Part shown: one piece after another, positions 1 to 12,186 of the stretch
How positions within the stretch are numbered: the stretch's first letter is position 1
Layout: each line of letters starts with the position of its first letter
Assembly (NCBI GenBank): GCA_963693365.1
Contig: CAVNZM010000008.1
Coordinates: forward strand, 10,672,123 to 10,736,122
From: Amoebidium appalachense
Taxonomy: Eukaryota; Protista; Ichthyosporea
DNA length: 64,000 nucleotides
Direction: 5' to 3'
Program-made: the position numbers and the translations under genes
The notes under the pieces: generated by a model
Database searches by the model: none
Told to the model about the DNA's origin: nothing
What the model saw: only the letters and a program-made list of their open reading frames with translations

Positions 1-1569
1 TGTGTGTGTGTGTGTGTGTGTGTGTTGAGAAGGAGAGGGGGCGTTGGCCACCACTGAGGGGACCGCCGGGGATGGGGGGGAGGGGGAGAGGGGGGGGGGG
101 GGGGGGAGGGGGCGGGGGAGTATGGGGAAGAGATAAATCTAGTTTTCGAATCCCCATCATCCGCAAGCTCCCCCGTTATAGCGGGCTAAGCTTAGGGCTC
201 TCATAATTTTCCTTCTTTCTTTTCTTGAATCCAAGTATGTGGTTGGCAAGGCGTCATGTCTGAGAGGTTGAAAGGGGGTAAGTTGTAGCTCCCAGAGTCC
301 CCCTACACCAAAGTGCTTATGACCAATACCCGGCATATTGAAATGTGACCAAATCATTCTTTCCCGATATGTTTTAACTTGTCAGTTGTTCAATGATGAT
401 GGGATAATAGAATGTGCACACGTTTAACATTTATTTAATGTGCTTTAAGGCTTCTAATATCTGTTTAAAAATTTGCCGGATACGTTACAGCTGCTTTACA
501 TGGCCAATCAACTCAGCTACAATAGTCAAAGGAGAATACAAAATTACACACAGTATATCTAACAAACCTCTTTTTTTGTACTGAGCTGCTGGTAGCAAGG
601 CAGCCAAAAATAATTAGAAACTATGGTTTAGATATGGCTAGCAAAAGATTTTAATTAGTAGTATAAAAAAATTCTACTGAATCTTGTGCTATCGCTAGCT
701 CTAGCCAGCAGATATCCAATCCCAAGATAGTGCTATATCACTGCTGAATTGTTGGAATATCTTGCTTTTCCGTGGCTCAGTGGCGCGAAGATAAAGGCAC
801 ACCTCACGCCCCTTCCGTGACACAGTCACTCGATTTTCTCGAGTTTTGACCTGTTCCTTCTACACTTTTTGCGTAAAGCAACGCTTAAACATTACCCAAG
901 GGGGGGTTTGTTGTTGCTATAACGTTGTTAGCAATCCATAAATATAACAGCTCAGATGAAGAGTGAGAGTTTCTTGGTTGCATATAGCTTTGAGTTAATC
1001 AAAACTAATCACCCATGTTTCGGTGAAGTCACAACAGATGCTGTTTTGGTGCTGGTTGTGAAGTGTTCACTGTGAAGAAAAGTCAGATTCATAGCGGCAA
1101 AAATATCCCCAGGAGCATTTAATAGTTTGTGAAGCGCCTATATTGTACGCATAGGTGCCATTTTATTAGCAATTCACAAAAACAACAGTGAGAATTACTT
1201 CCAGCCCTGCAGTGGGGTCCAGCTTTCCTGCAAAATAAGGATTTCTTGCGAAATATCGAACTGGGACACTAAGAACAAGGTAGGAAACAAGGATAAGGCG
1301 CGGATATGTGTTTTCCATACTTGTGGTTTTTACACTTTCCAACTTTTTTGTGTGTGTTTTGCACCTGCTTTTGCACGGGTGCATTGTCCGTTGAAGACTG
1401 TGTTTTTTGTTTGTTATTTGCACTTGCGTGTGTGTTGGTCGTGCTTTTCGTTTTTGTGACTGTCATTCCAACCACATAGGTGAAATGGGCGCCGGTTCAA
1501 TAACAAACTACTTGTGCTGACATTTGTGTTCGTTTGCTCTTATTGTCTGCACACATGTACTCGTGGATT

Positions 1570-1711
<142 letters not shown>

Positions 1712-2369
1712 GTGTGCGTGTGCTTAAAGTGTGTGTGTGTGTGTGCTTGTGTGCATACGTGTGCGTGTGCATGTGTGTGTGTGTGTGAAACACGTGTGTG
1801 TGCGTCGCCTGCGTAAACGCTTGTGCAAATGCCTGTTGTATGTCTGCGTGGTTATCTCTCTCTGTGTGTGTTTTTTGGTGTACGTGGTCCTTTTTGAGTT
1901 TATGTGCTTGACTATGTGTGCTATACCATGAAGGCATATTTGGGTACTTGTATGCTTGTGTGTGTGCCGTATCTAACTCACTGTTGTTTTCCTGCGTTTT
2001 AGTTATTTATTTGGTGGCTTGCTGGTTTTTTGAGCGCGCGTCTCTGACACACTCTACTTTTTTTTTATTCCGTGAGAGTATGCCAGTGTAGTCTATGTCG
2101 TGTGCAACCTTGGCTGGGCTACTGTGTGTGTTGCCCCCGAAACTCTTTTTATGCAATATTGTTTGCTTACCTGTGTGACTTGGTTTTTTCTAGCCATCTT
2201 TGTGCTAAGTAACGTCTAGTATTTGTGAATTTGGTTTGTGTGTGAATGTATGTAACGTAAATCTAGATGTTTCCCTCCCTATCCGAGTTTATGGTTTTCG
2301 ATGTTGCTGTCTCCCGCAGTGTGACATGGTGTGTTTTGTTGTGTTCCAAGAAAGGACGTTGAGGGGGAA

Positions 2370-2409
<40 letters not shown>

Positions 2410-2938
2410 GGGAGGGGGGACGTAAGTGACCTGTGGGCGGTAGTTGTATGTTCATGGCAGGGAGTAAGTTTCTGTTTGTCTGGGGGGTGGGCAAGGGGTG
2501 CAGGCGTGGGAATTGAAAGCGAGGCTGGTTGGGGGAGGGAATGGGGGATGGGAAGAGATGGTGTCTGTGTGTGCGTGTGTGTTTGTGTGTGTGTGGAGGG
2601 GGGGAGGGGGGGGGGGGGGGGGGGGGGGAGGGTTTAGGACACGTTCACGCACACACACAGCAAAACAAACACACATCGAGAGACAGAGTGGAGGGGGAGA
2701 GTGAGATGGGGTATCGTGTGACCCTTTTTTTCGTTTTTCCTTCCTAAGCTAAGGTTGTAAAGAGGATAAATGTGGCCGTGTTGTACATGTGCTCCCTTGT
2801 TGGGGTATTGCGGGGTTTTCTGAAGGCTGCCTGTGTTAGCCGAGTTGAAAGATTGAGGAAGGACAAGGAGTGAGACGGTGGGGTAGAGGAGACTAGTGAT
2901 CTCACACTTACTGTGGAAAGTTGGGGAAAGAAGGGGGG

Positions 2939-2972
<34 letters not shown>

Positions 2973-3091
2973 CTGGGGGGGGAATGGGGGGCTGGGGTTG
3001 TAATTTTGCATTCTGCTATGCCCGATGGATCAAAAATCTGACCTACCTTCCTCCCCATCTTCCCCCCCTCCCCCTCCCCTCGTCCGCCCTG

Positions 3092-3167
<76 letters not shown>

Positions 3168-4077
3168 CCCCCCCCCTCCCCCCCCCCCTTCCCCCCCCCC
3201 CCCCCCCCCCCCGCCGCCGCCGCCCTGCGTGCTCCCCTCCCTTATTTCTTATCCCTCCCACAATCTCGCACTTTTTCTCTAAACGGCATCAAACACATCT
3301 CCCCGCACCGAACATCACCCATATTCTTTCCGCGTCTGCAAAACCGCAGTGTCGTTTGTCAGGAGGGTCCGGTGCAGCCAGCATAAGTCTTTTCAAGGGG
3401 GAGGGGGCGATAGAAACGCCAGCACCCGAGTGTGACACGACATTGTTATTTGTGCTCTTGTGACGGGAACTCGAGAGCGTATTTTGCGTATTGATGCCGG
3501 AGGGAGGAAACCACATGGATTGAGAGTGGTGGTTCGGGGTATGTGTTGCTGATAGCATTGAGCGTGAGGGGACTCTTGAACATTTTGTTTCTTTTCTTTT
3601 CTTTTCTTTCCCGTTAAGAACAGAGCACAGAGGTGTAGCGACAGATTTGCACCTAACTGCTCGTAACTATCAGTGGAAACGGCGTTTTCTGACGACAGAG
3701 CGTAAATTGTTCGTGAACGACAGTGGTCTTCAGTTGGGAATTTTCCGTAGAAAAAGGAGTTAAATTTCCGTATTATTGAGGGCGGATGCGTGTTTGCATG
3801 ATGGCACCACCCCCGCAGGGTAGGCGGTCACGGTCAAACTCCTTTCGGGGGGAAAGTTATGCACGAAGAGATAAGGGGGGAATGTGAGGTTGTAGGGAGC
3901 ACGAGCGAGGGAACGGGGGATGCGAAAGCGGAGAATTGGGGGGAGGGAGGGGAGGCAAAGGGTGTGCGGGCGGTTGGACCACGGAGGAACCAACCGGAGA
4001 TATTGCAGAGAAGGGTAGGTTTTTGACATGGGTTGGGGAATAACCCCCCTGCCCCCCCCCCCCCCCACACACACATC

Positions 4078-4470
4078 TTTACTTCCATGCAACCGGGCAT
4101 GGTTGCTCTGTGTCGTGCATCTGTAAGCACATACGCGTTTTTCGCTGCACTGCATTAGTTTGCACACACATCTTCACCGTTCTGCTCACCTTGCTTGCAT
4201 AAGCAACCCTGCTCGTCTTTGATCAAGACGGGTTGACCCACCCAAGTTCAGTTGATGCTGCTGTCTGAGTTGGAGCGTCGTATATACGCGGGCTAAGGGG
4301 TCGAAACTCAGACGCAATTGATGACTTGGGCCCTCCCTGAGGATGGGCTCTGCTTATGACGCATACTGTGCGCATGGCTGATGTTGCACACTTGAATGTT
4401 TGCCTTTGCATGTGTCCTGCACCATGCTTCTCATCGTGTATGTGTACTTCGTACTGTGTTCCGCATTCAA
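4078..4470 (+). repeat. Dispersed structured-RNA repeat, subtype A, copy 1 (core 4198-4358)
   Basis: Near-identical to 5473-5805 and 43750-44130; core runs CATAAGCA...CTCGTCTTTGATCAAGACGGG...GGTCGAAACTCAGAC...CCTGAGGATGGG...TGCTTATG. Confidence 0.9.
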
Positions 4471-5472
4471 ACCCCCCCCCACACACACCACCACCACCAC
4501 CACCCTCACCCCCTTCCTCCACGCACACAAATACGCACAAACACACACGCACACACACGCACACACACACACACACACACGGAGATAGACACACATGCGT
4601 GCAAGGACACACACACACACAACACACGTATCCCACCCTCCCCCCTGTTTCTCGGGCTGTACACGGGAACGGTAACGGAGCTACATGCATTTTCACCCTC
4701 CACATGACACGCACGCGCACACACGCACACACACACGCACACACACACGCACATACACGATGACAAACAATGACACATGCACACGAATGGGCACCTGCTC
4801 ATCTACATCCTGGCACACACACGCACATGCCACAACAGCCCACACCGAACTAAATTCATTTCTTTACCTTTCTCTCATTCTCTTTATTTTTCTCATTTTT
4901 AGGCTTTGCTGCACTTTCTTTGTTTCTTTGTGGCTTCTGATCCTTGTAAACAACCCCCCTACGCACACGCACGCGTGAACACCACCCGCACATCCACCAC
5001 CCTCTACCCCCCCCCCCCCCCCCCCCTCCCTCCCTCCCACCCTCTCTCCCTCTCTCTCTCTCCCTCTCCCTCTCCCTCCCTCCATCCCTCCCTCCCTCTC
5101 TCTCTCTTTCTCTTTCGCTCGCTCGCTCGTTCTCTGTCTCCCTCTCTCTCCCCCCCTCTCTCCCTCTCCCCCTCCCTCCCCCTCTCTCCCCCCTCCCCCT
5201 CCCCTTCCCCCCTCTCTCCCCCCGCTCCCTTTCCCAAACAATTCCCCCGCTGTTCTTCTTTCTCAGCCGGCTAGGTTTTTGGGTTGCCTGGTAAGTTTTG
5301 AAATGGGGCTCTCGTCTCTGATCTGTCCACCACAGGGTTTCTTTCTTTTTTTTTTTTTTTTTTTTTTTTTATATTATAATTCTTCTCCCCCCCCCCCCCC
5401 CCCTTTCCCCCTCCCTCCCTCCCCTCCCTTCACCCTTCGCCCTTCCCCGGCCTACTCCCCCCCCCCCCCCCC

Positions 5473-5805
5473 TTCGCTGCACTGCATTAGTTTGCACACA
5501 CATCTGCACCGTTTTGCTCACCTTGCTTGCATAAGCAACCCTGCTCGTCTTTGATCAAGACGGGTTGACCCGCCCAAGTTCAGTTGATGCTGCTGTCTGA
5601 GTTGGAGCGTCGTATATACGCGGGCTAAGGGGTCGAAACTCAGACTCAATTGATGACTTGGGTCCTCCCTGAGGATGGGCTCTGCTTATGACGCATACTG
5701 TGCACATGGCTGATGTTGCATACTTGATTGTTTGCCTTTGCATGTGTCCTGCACCATGCTTCTCGTCGTGTATGCGTACTTCGTACCGTGTTCCGCATTC
5801 AAACC
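5473..5805 (+). repeat. Dispersed structured-RNA repeat, subtype A, copy 2 (core 5530-5690)
   Basis: Direct alignment by eye to 4140-4470. Confidence 0.9.
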
Positions 5806-5886
5806 CCCCCTCCCCCCCCCCCCCTTCCCCTCCTACCTTCTTTCCCCCCCCCCCCCCCCCCCCCCCTGGCCAAACCCTGTATACAC

Positions 5887-6618
5887 TCTTCTCATCAGCA
5901 GGTCTCTAACCCACTCTGCAGAACGTTTTACGCATTTCTCCCCTTGGAGAACTTGGTCGTTGGTGCGTTTTTGTCTGATATCTAACGCCTTTCCAGGGTC
6001 CCCTGAGACTACTGACACTCTAACATTCCCTCCCCTCTCTTAATCCCCCCCCCCCCCCCCCCCCCCCCTCCCCCCCCCCTCCTCCTTCCCCTCCCATTTT
6101 CCCTGCACACTCAACAGGCCTTAACCAGCTCTGCACATCGTTAGTCACAATCTTCTCTTATATATGAGAGAATGATCGTATTGGTACGATTTGTCTAATA
6201 TCTGACGATTCTGCAGCATCCCTAAGACCCCCCCCCCCCCCCCTCCCTCCCCCCCCCTTTTCTCTCTCTCTCTCTTTTTTTTTTTTTTTTTTTTTTTTGG
6301 CGCCTGTTGTTTTGCTTGTCATTTGTTGTTCTGGTTGATTACCTGTAACCTTCGCTTATTTATGTGTGTGTGTGTGTGTGTGTTGTGCGGGGTTGCACAC
6401 ACCGGTGTCTACTTTTCTTCCTACTTTTTTTCTCTCCACACACTTCATCTGTCCACTTCTGCATACCCCATTTCATAGCTATAGACACACTTCACACATT
6501 GCGTTACGCGCACGCATGCACACACCGCTCTGTTGGCGACAGCTCCCTTGGAACCCATGTGGCATGTTACCCGCCGGCGTAACATAACTCGGACTATCGA
6601 TTTGGCTTTTTTCAAGCC
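5887..6618 (+). repeat. Repeat C, copy 1 (duplicated at 7944-8820), truncated at ...TTCAAGCCC
   Basis: CTTCTCATCAGCAGGTCTCTAACC...GGACTATCG.TTTGGCTTTTTTCAAGCCC occurs twice, differing mainly in microsatellite lengths. Confidence 0.85.
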
Positions 6619-6678
6619 CCTCCCCTCCCCCCTCCCCCTCGTGTTTCCGAATCACTTTTGCCTTCTATCGTACCCCCA

Positions 6679-6864
6679 GTGAAACAGTATCTGAGTTGGG
6701 TTTCGTTAACGAGGGGAATAGGTCGAAACTCGGGTACTGTGGATGACGTGGGCCCCCCCTGAGGATGGGCTCTGCTTATTATGCATACTCTTTATGTATG
6801 GCTTGCATTCTGCATCGTGTTATCCGTTTGTTCTTGTGTACTTCGTACTTTTTGACGCATTCAA

Positions 6865-6866
<2 letters not shown>
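6679..6866 (+). repeat. Structured-RNA repeat, subtype B, 5'-truncated copy
   Basis: Matches the 3' part of 9129-9385 from AGTGAAACAGTATCTGAG onward. Confidence 0.85.
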
Positions 6867-6912
<46 letters not shown>

Positions 6913-7125
6913 ACCACCACCACCACTGTAGTGATACATACACACATCCGCCCGCACACACACACACACACGCACACACGTGCGCGCGCGCTTGCATACA
7001 AACACAAACACATGGCCTTGCACGCATGTGTGGGCACACACACACACATATGCGTGTGGGCGCGTACAGGCACAAGCACGATCACCCGCAGTCACGCACA
7101 TTCACACACAGTCGCACAACACGCG

Positions 7126-7176
<51 letters not shown>

Positions 7177-7635
7177 CACACACACACATGCGCGGGCATA
7201 CACACAAACACAAACACATGCCTTTGCACACATGTGTGTGCGCACACACACACACATATACGTGTGGGCGCGTACAGGCACAAGCACAATCACCGGCAGT
7301 CTCGTACAATCACACACACAGTCGCAAAACACACACACACACACACACAAATACACCCGGCAGAAGACACACATACGGGTACACGGCACATCATGCATTG
7401 CCCAAAACAAGCACGTGCATACACGCATAGCACATATCCCCCCCTCCCTCCCCCCTCCCCCTCCCCCCCACACAAACACACACACACCCATTTTGCTCTT
7501 TCCTCTCCACCCGGGCGTACCCACTAACCATTTTCCTGTCCCCGCAGTTATCCTGTCGACCACAATTGGGACGGTACAAATCCACACTGACCATACGCCA
7601 AACCATAGAAAAGAAGTTGGAGGAAATGTATGGAG

Positions 7636-7675
<40 letters not shown>

Positions 7676-7930
7676 ACTGCCCGTGCCTGCATAAGCAACC
7701 CTGCTCGTCTCTGATCAAGACGGGTGACCTACCCATGTTCAAGTGAAACAGTATCTGAGTTGGGTTTCGTTAACGAGGGGAATAGGTCGAAACTCGGGTA
7801 CTGTGGATGACGTGGGCCCCCCCTAAGGATGGGCTCTGCTTATTATGCATACTCTTTATGTATGGCTTGCATTCTGCATCGTGTTATCCGTTTGTTCTTG
7901 TGTACTTCGTACTTTTTGATGCATTCAACA
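7676..7930 (+). repeat. Structured-RNA repeat, subtype B (core 7690-7843; CTGAGGA mutated to CTAAGGA)
   Basis: Near-identical to 9129-9385. Confidence 0.9.
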
Positions 7931-7943
7931 CCCCCCCCCCCCC

Positions 7944-8359
7944 TTCTCATCAGCAGGTCTCTAACCCACTCTGCAGAACGTTTTACGCATTTCTCCCCTC
8001 GGAGAACTTGGTCGTTGGTGCGTTTTTGTCTGACATCTAACGACTCTGCAGGGTCCCCTGAGACTACTGACACTCTAACATTCCCTCCCCTCTCTTACTT
8101 CCCCCCCCCCCCCCTCCCCCTTTCCCTCCTCCTTCCCCTCCCATTTTCTCTGCACACCCAACAGGTCTTAACCAGATCTGCACATCGTTAGTCACAATCT
8201 TCTCACATATATGAGAGAATGATCGTATTGGTACGATTTGTCTAATATCTGACGATTCTGCAGCATCCCTAAGACCCCCCTCCCCCTCCCCTCCCCCTCC
8301 CCCCCCCCCCCCCCCCCACCTTCTCTCTCTCTCTCTCTCCCTCTCTCCCTCTCTCTCTC

Positions 8360-8448
<89 letters not shown>

Positions 8449-8453
8449 TTCCT

Positions 8454-8488
<35 letters not shown>

Positions 8489-8549
8489 GCGCCTGTTGTT
8501 TTGCTTGTCATTTGTTGTTCTGGTTGATTACCTGTAATCTTCGCTTATT

Positions 8550-8584
<35 letters not shown>

Positions 8585-9385
8585 TGTGCGGGGTTGCACA
8601 TACCGGTGTCTACTTTTCTTCTTACTGTTTTTCTCTCCACACACTTCATCTGTCCACTTCTGCATACCCCCTTTCATAGCTATAGACACACTTCACACAT
8701 TGCGTTACGCGCACGCATGCACACACCGCTCTGTTGGCGACAGCTCCCTTGGAACCCATGCGGCATGTTACCCGCCGGCGTAACATAACTCGGACTATCG
8801 GTTTGGCTTTTTTCAAGCCCAAAGCAATGGGTGATACCATATTTCCGGCTGACGTCCGGGGGCATAGCTTTCCGTTCGAAGACGATAAAGTTCCGCCCTA
8901 GTAAGCGTGTTACTACCCTGCGGCGTGGGTCAAATCTCATATTTTCCCCTCTGATTACGAATTCTGTGGCCTTCGGGACTTAATTCTTTTCAGCTGGTGT
9001 AGTATGTTAGCCAGGGAAGTATCGACTTAGGTATCGACGGGGGAGCTTCCTAGAAGCCCCGTCTCCTGAGTTCCTATCTATATTTTTCTTGCTTCTGCTT
9101 ACTGCTGCAACTTTAACCCCCGGCCTTTCCCACTGCCCTTGCCTGCATAAGCAACCCTGCTCGTCTCTGATCAAGACGGGTGACCTACTCATGTTCAAGT
9201 GAAACAGTATCTGAGTTGGGTTTCGTTAACGAGGGGAATAGGTCGAAACTCGGGTACTGTGGATGACGTGGGCCCCCCCTGAGGATGGGCTCTGCTTATT
9301 ATGCATACTCTTTATGTATGGCTTGCATTCTGCATCGTGTTATCCGTTTGTTCTTGTGTACTTCGTACTTTTTGACGCATTCAAA
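7944..9385 (+). mobile_element. Probable 3' remnant of a retroelement (Penelope-like?): repeat C, a short reading-frame end at 8743-8901, a 3' UTR and a subtype B core at 9146-9299
   Basis: 8743-8901 translates as APLEPMRHVTRRRNITRTIGLAFFKPKAMGDTIFPADVRGHSFPFEDDKVPP*. IGLAFFKPKAMGDTIF loosely resembles the post-thumb IAYxRPKNLGDLL motif of PLE RTs. A hammerhead-like core follows. Confidence 0.35.
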
Positions 9386-10101
9386 CCCCCCCCCCCCCCC
9401 CCCCCCCCTCTCCCCATCCCTCCCTCCCTCCCACCCATGTGTCCTTGTGAAGCTTCATGCACGTACTATTACCCCCCTCCCCCTCCCCCCTCCTCTTGAG
9501 GATGGGCTTTACTTTTGGTGTGGGTGCTGTGTCTCCTTTATTGCACATGGGCATTAATTTGCTCGTTGTGAGTTTGTACTTCATTCTGTCCTCCGGGTTG
9601 CGCTTCAACACGTACACATACACGATGGCTTCTCAGTTCTGCATTACAGTTTGGTTTTGACCCTCTCAATACACTCATACCCCTCTTCCCCCCTCCCCTC
9701 CCGCCCCCACCTCGGGCGCTTCTGCCCGCTCCCCTCACTCTCTCTCCCCTTTCACCTCTCTCACTCGTTCAATTGCAACACTCACATGCTCATGCACCCC
9801 GTTCACACTCGTGCTTACACTTCTTACACTCGCACTCGTGCGCATTCAAAGACACAGGCGCGCGCTTGCACACACCTTCATGCACATGCCGACCACCTGT
9901 TGCCTTATGACCACCCCCCCACACAAGGTATGTGTTCGTTCACTGCAAATAGATGGCTTTTGGTGATGGGTGCTAAGCATCGTCACGGGAAGGGGGACCC
10001 CCCCCCCCCCTCCCCCCCCCCCCCCCACTACACACACAACGGTTTCTAGGCTCACCTTATGAAATAGTTGCTTTTCCGTTTCTGACCCGTTGTGCCCACA
10101 G

Positions 10102-10427
10102 AAAGCAGCGCGAAGACCTTGCACAGCTGGGCTTTGTGCCAAGGTGTGTGCACGTGTGTGTGTGTGTGTGTGTGTCTTTGGGGAAGGGGAGGAAAGTGGG
10201 GGGGGGGGGGGGGGGGGGGGGGGATCAGATTGGTGTTTTATGCGTGCCCGTGTGCGTGGGTGTGTGCGTGTGTGTTTGTGTGTGTGTGTGTGTACCTGCG
10301 CGTGCGTGTGCATCCGTGTGTCCATGCGTCCGTGCGTCCGTGAATGATTCTGGCCTGGATGTTTGGTTGGTGTGGGTGTGAGCATTAGTGCACGTTATGT
10401 CCATGGGGCCTGTCTATGGCGGGGGCC

Positions 10428-10475
<48 letters not shown>

Positions 10476-10637
10476 TGATTTTGCAGTTTTTTTGCTGGAC
10501 GTTTTCTAACTTTCCCTCCGTTCCGTCTCCTTGCCCAATCCCCCCCCCCCCCCCTTCCCCCCCCCCCTCTCCTGCCCCCGCCCTCCTACCCCCCATCCCC
10601 CCTATCACACACACACGCGCGCGTGCGCGCACACACG

Positions 10638-10684
<47 letters not shown>

Positions 10685-10896
10685 AGCAAGACCACGGGGG
10701 GGCTAGTGAGTCGGCGGCCCAGCAACGGGGAGCTTGAGGAGTTCAAGCTGCTGGTGCATAAGTTGGACTGTGTGGACCCTAAGGCATTCGACAAATTTCG
10801 GTACTTGGACCCCACTCTCCCCCCCCCCCAAAAAAAGAGAGAGAGAGAAGGAGAGAAAGAGAGAGAGAGGAAGAAAGAAACACACACACATACCTT

Positions 10897-10927
<31 letters not shown>

Positions 10928-11029
10928 GCAAATACAGACCCGCCTGGCGATTGGTTCTGTTCAAATGTCCTCTGTCTGCGCGTTTTCCCCCTTCTTCTCC
11001 TTCTTCTTTTGCTTCCTTTTTTTTTTTTT

Positions 11030-11071
<42 letters not shown>

Positions 11072-12146
11072 ACATGTCGAATGCAAGGTCGAGCAAAACG
11101 GAAAGATTTGGGGTTTGTGAAGGAGAGAGATTGGCGTGAATTTGTAAGGGATTTGGGTTCCGAGGGTGGATGGTGGTGTATGTGTTTGGTGGTGGTTAAG
11201 GTGGTGGTGTGGGGATGGGTGGGAGTTTTGTGGGGGTGATGGGGGTGATGGGGGGGGGATGGATAAAAGAGGAAAGGGTTGTGGGTGGAGGAATTGGCAG
11301 AGCAAGTGTTAAAAGGAACACATCAAGTATACCCGTGCTTACTCTTATACACTTGGTCCCATTATTCGGCACTTCCCTGTTCTATCCTGACTAACACACA
11401 CACGTACACATCCTTATCCACACAACAGGAGCACGGCACACCCAGAAGACATCCAAATGCTCGAACGCATGGCCATGCGTCTCTTTGTCTATTTCGAAGG
11501 CAAGGAGAAGGACCACGCACGACTCACCACCGCCGATTTTGAGCTGAAAAGCACAGTCGATGACGTCATAGTACGCCTTTTCGGGTCGGAGGCCCCGGCG
11601 GAAACGGAGCAACTACCCCCGGGAGCGCCAAATACGCCCGCTCCGCCAACACAAATTTCGCAAATTTCGCAAATTTCGCATATTTCGCAGGGTTCGGGTG
11701 GTGAGGGTGTGGGGGGTTGGAGCCCAACGAGCCAACCACAATCGCTACAGCCTGATACCCCTGTGCCGGTGTTGTCGGTTGCGCAGAGCTCGTGTGTGGC
11801 GAGTAGTGACGCGACACCAACGAAAACGCTTTCGCAGACTAGAAGAGACGCAAAGGGGGAGGATTATGGCGGGGAAGAACCCCCCCATGAAAATACGCAT
11901 CCGCTTCCTGGACCCCCCGAAGTTGACTATCATAAGATGAAATTGTTTGGGCATAGATCACCGATTGAAGCGCCGAATTCGCCGCCTGTTCGGGTGGCGA
12001 GATATGCGGGGACGGATGACGGGGGGTCTGGGGGTGTTGGGGAGGTTGGCGATGTAGGAGGGAGGGGTCTGACTGCGAGAGAGAAGAGGGAGTGTACGGT
12101 AAGGCGGAAACTAGAGTTGAAGGTTGACCCGGAGAGTGAAGACTAG
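10102..12146 (+). CDS. 3' part of a spliced orphan gene (exons 10102-10143 tentative, 10687-10800, 11429-12146); 5' end not resolved
   Basis: GT-AG joins keep frame (...DPKAFDKFR/STAHPEDIQMLERMAMRLFVYF...); canonical CTGACTAAC branch site at ~11387; stop TAG at 12144-12146. Confidence 0.65.
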
Positions 12147-12149
12147 AGG

Positions 12150-12186
<37 letters not shown>

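Noticed and set aside
157-357. 66-aa minus-strand ORF
   Set aside because: No recognisable motif or supported splice junctions; cannot be called.
4198-4358. tRNA gene or tRNA-derived SINE (cloverleaf-like fold)
   Set aside because: Too long, with no A/B boxes, TPsiC loop or 7-nt anticodon loop.
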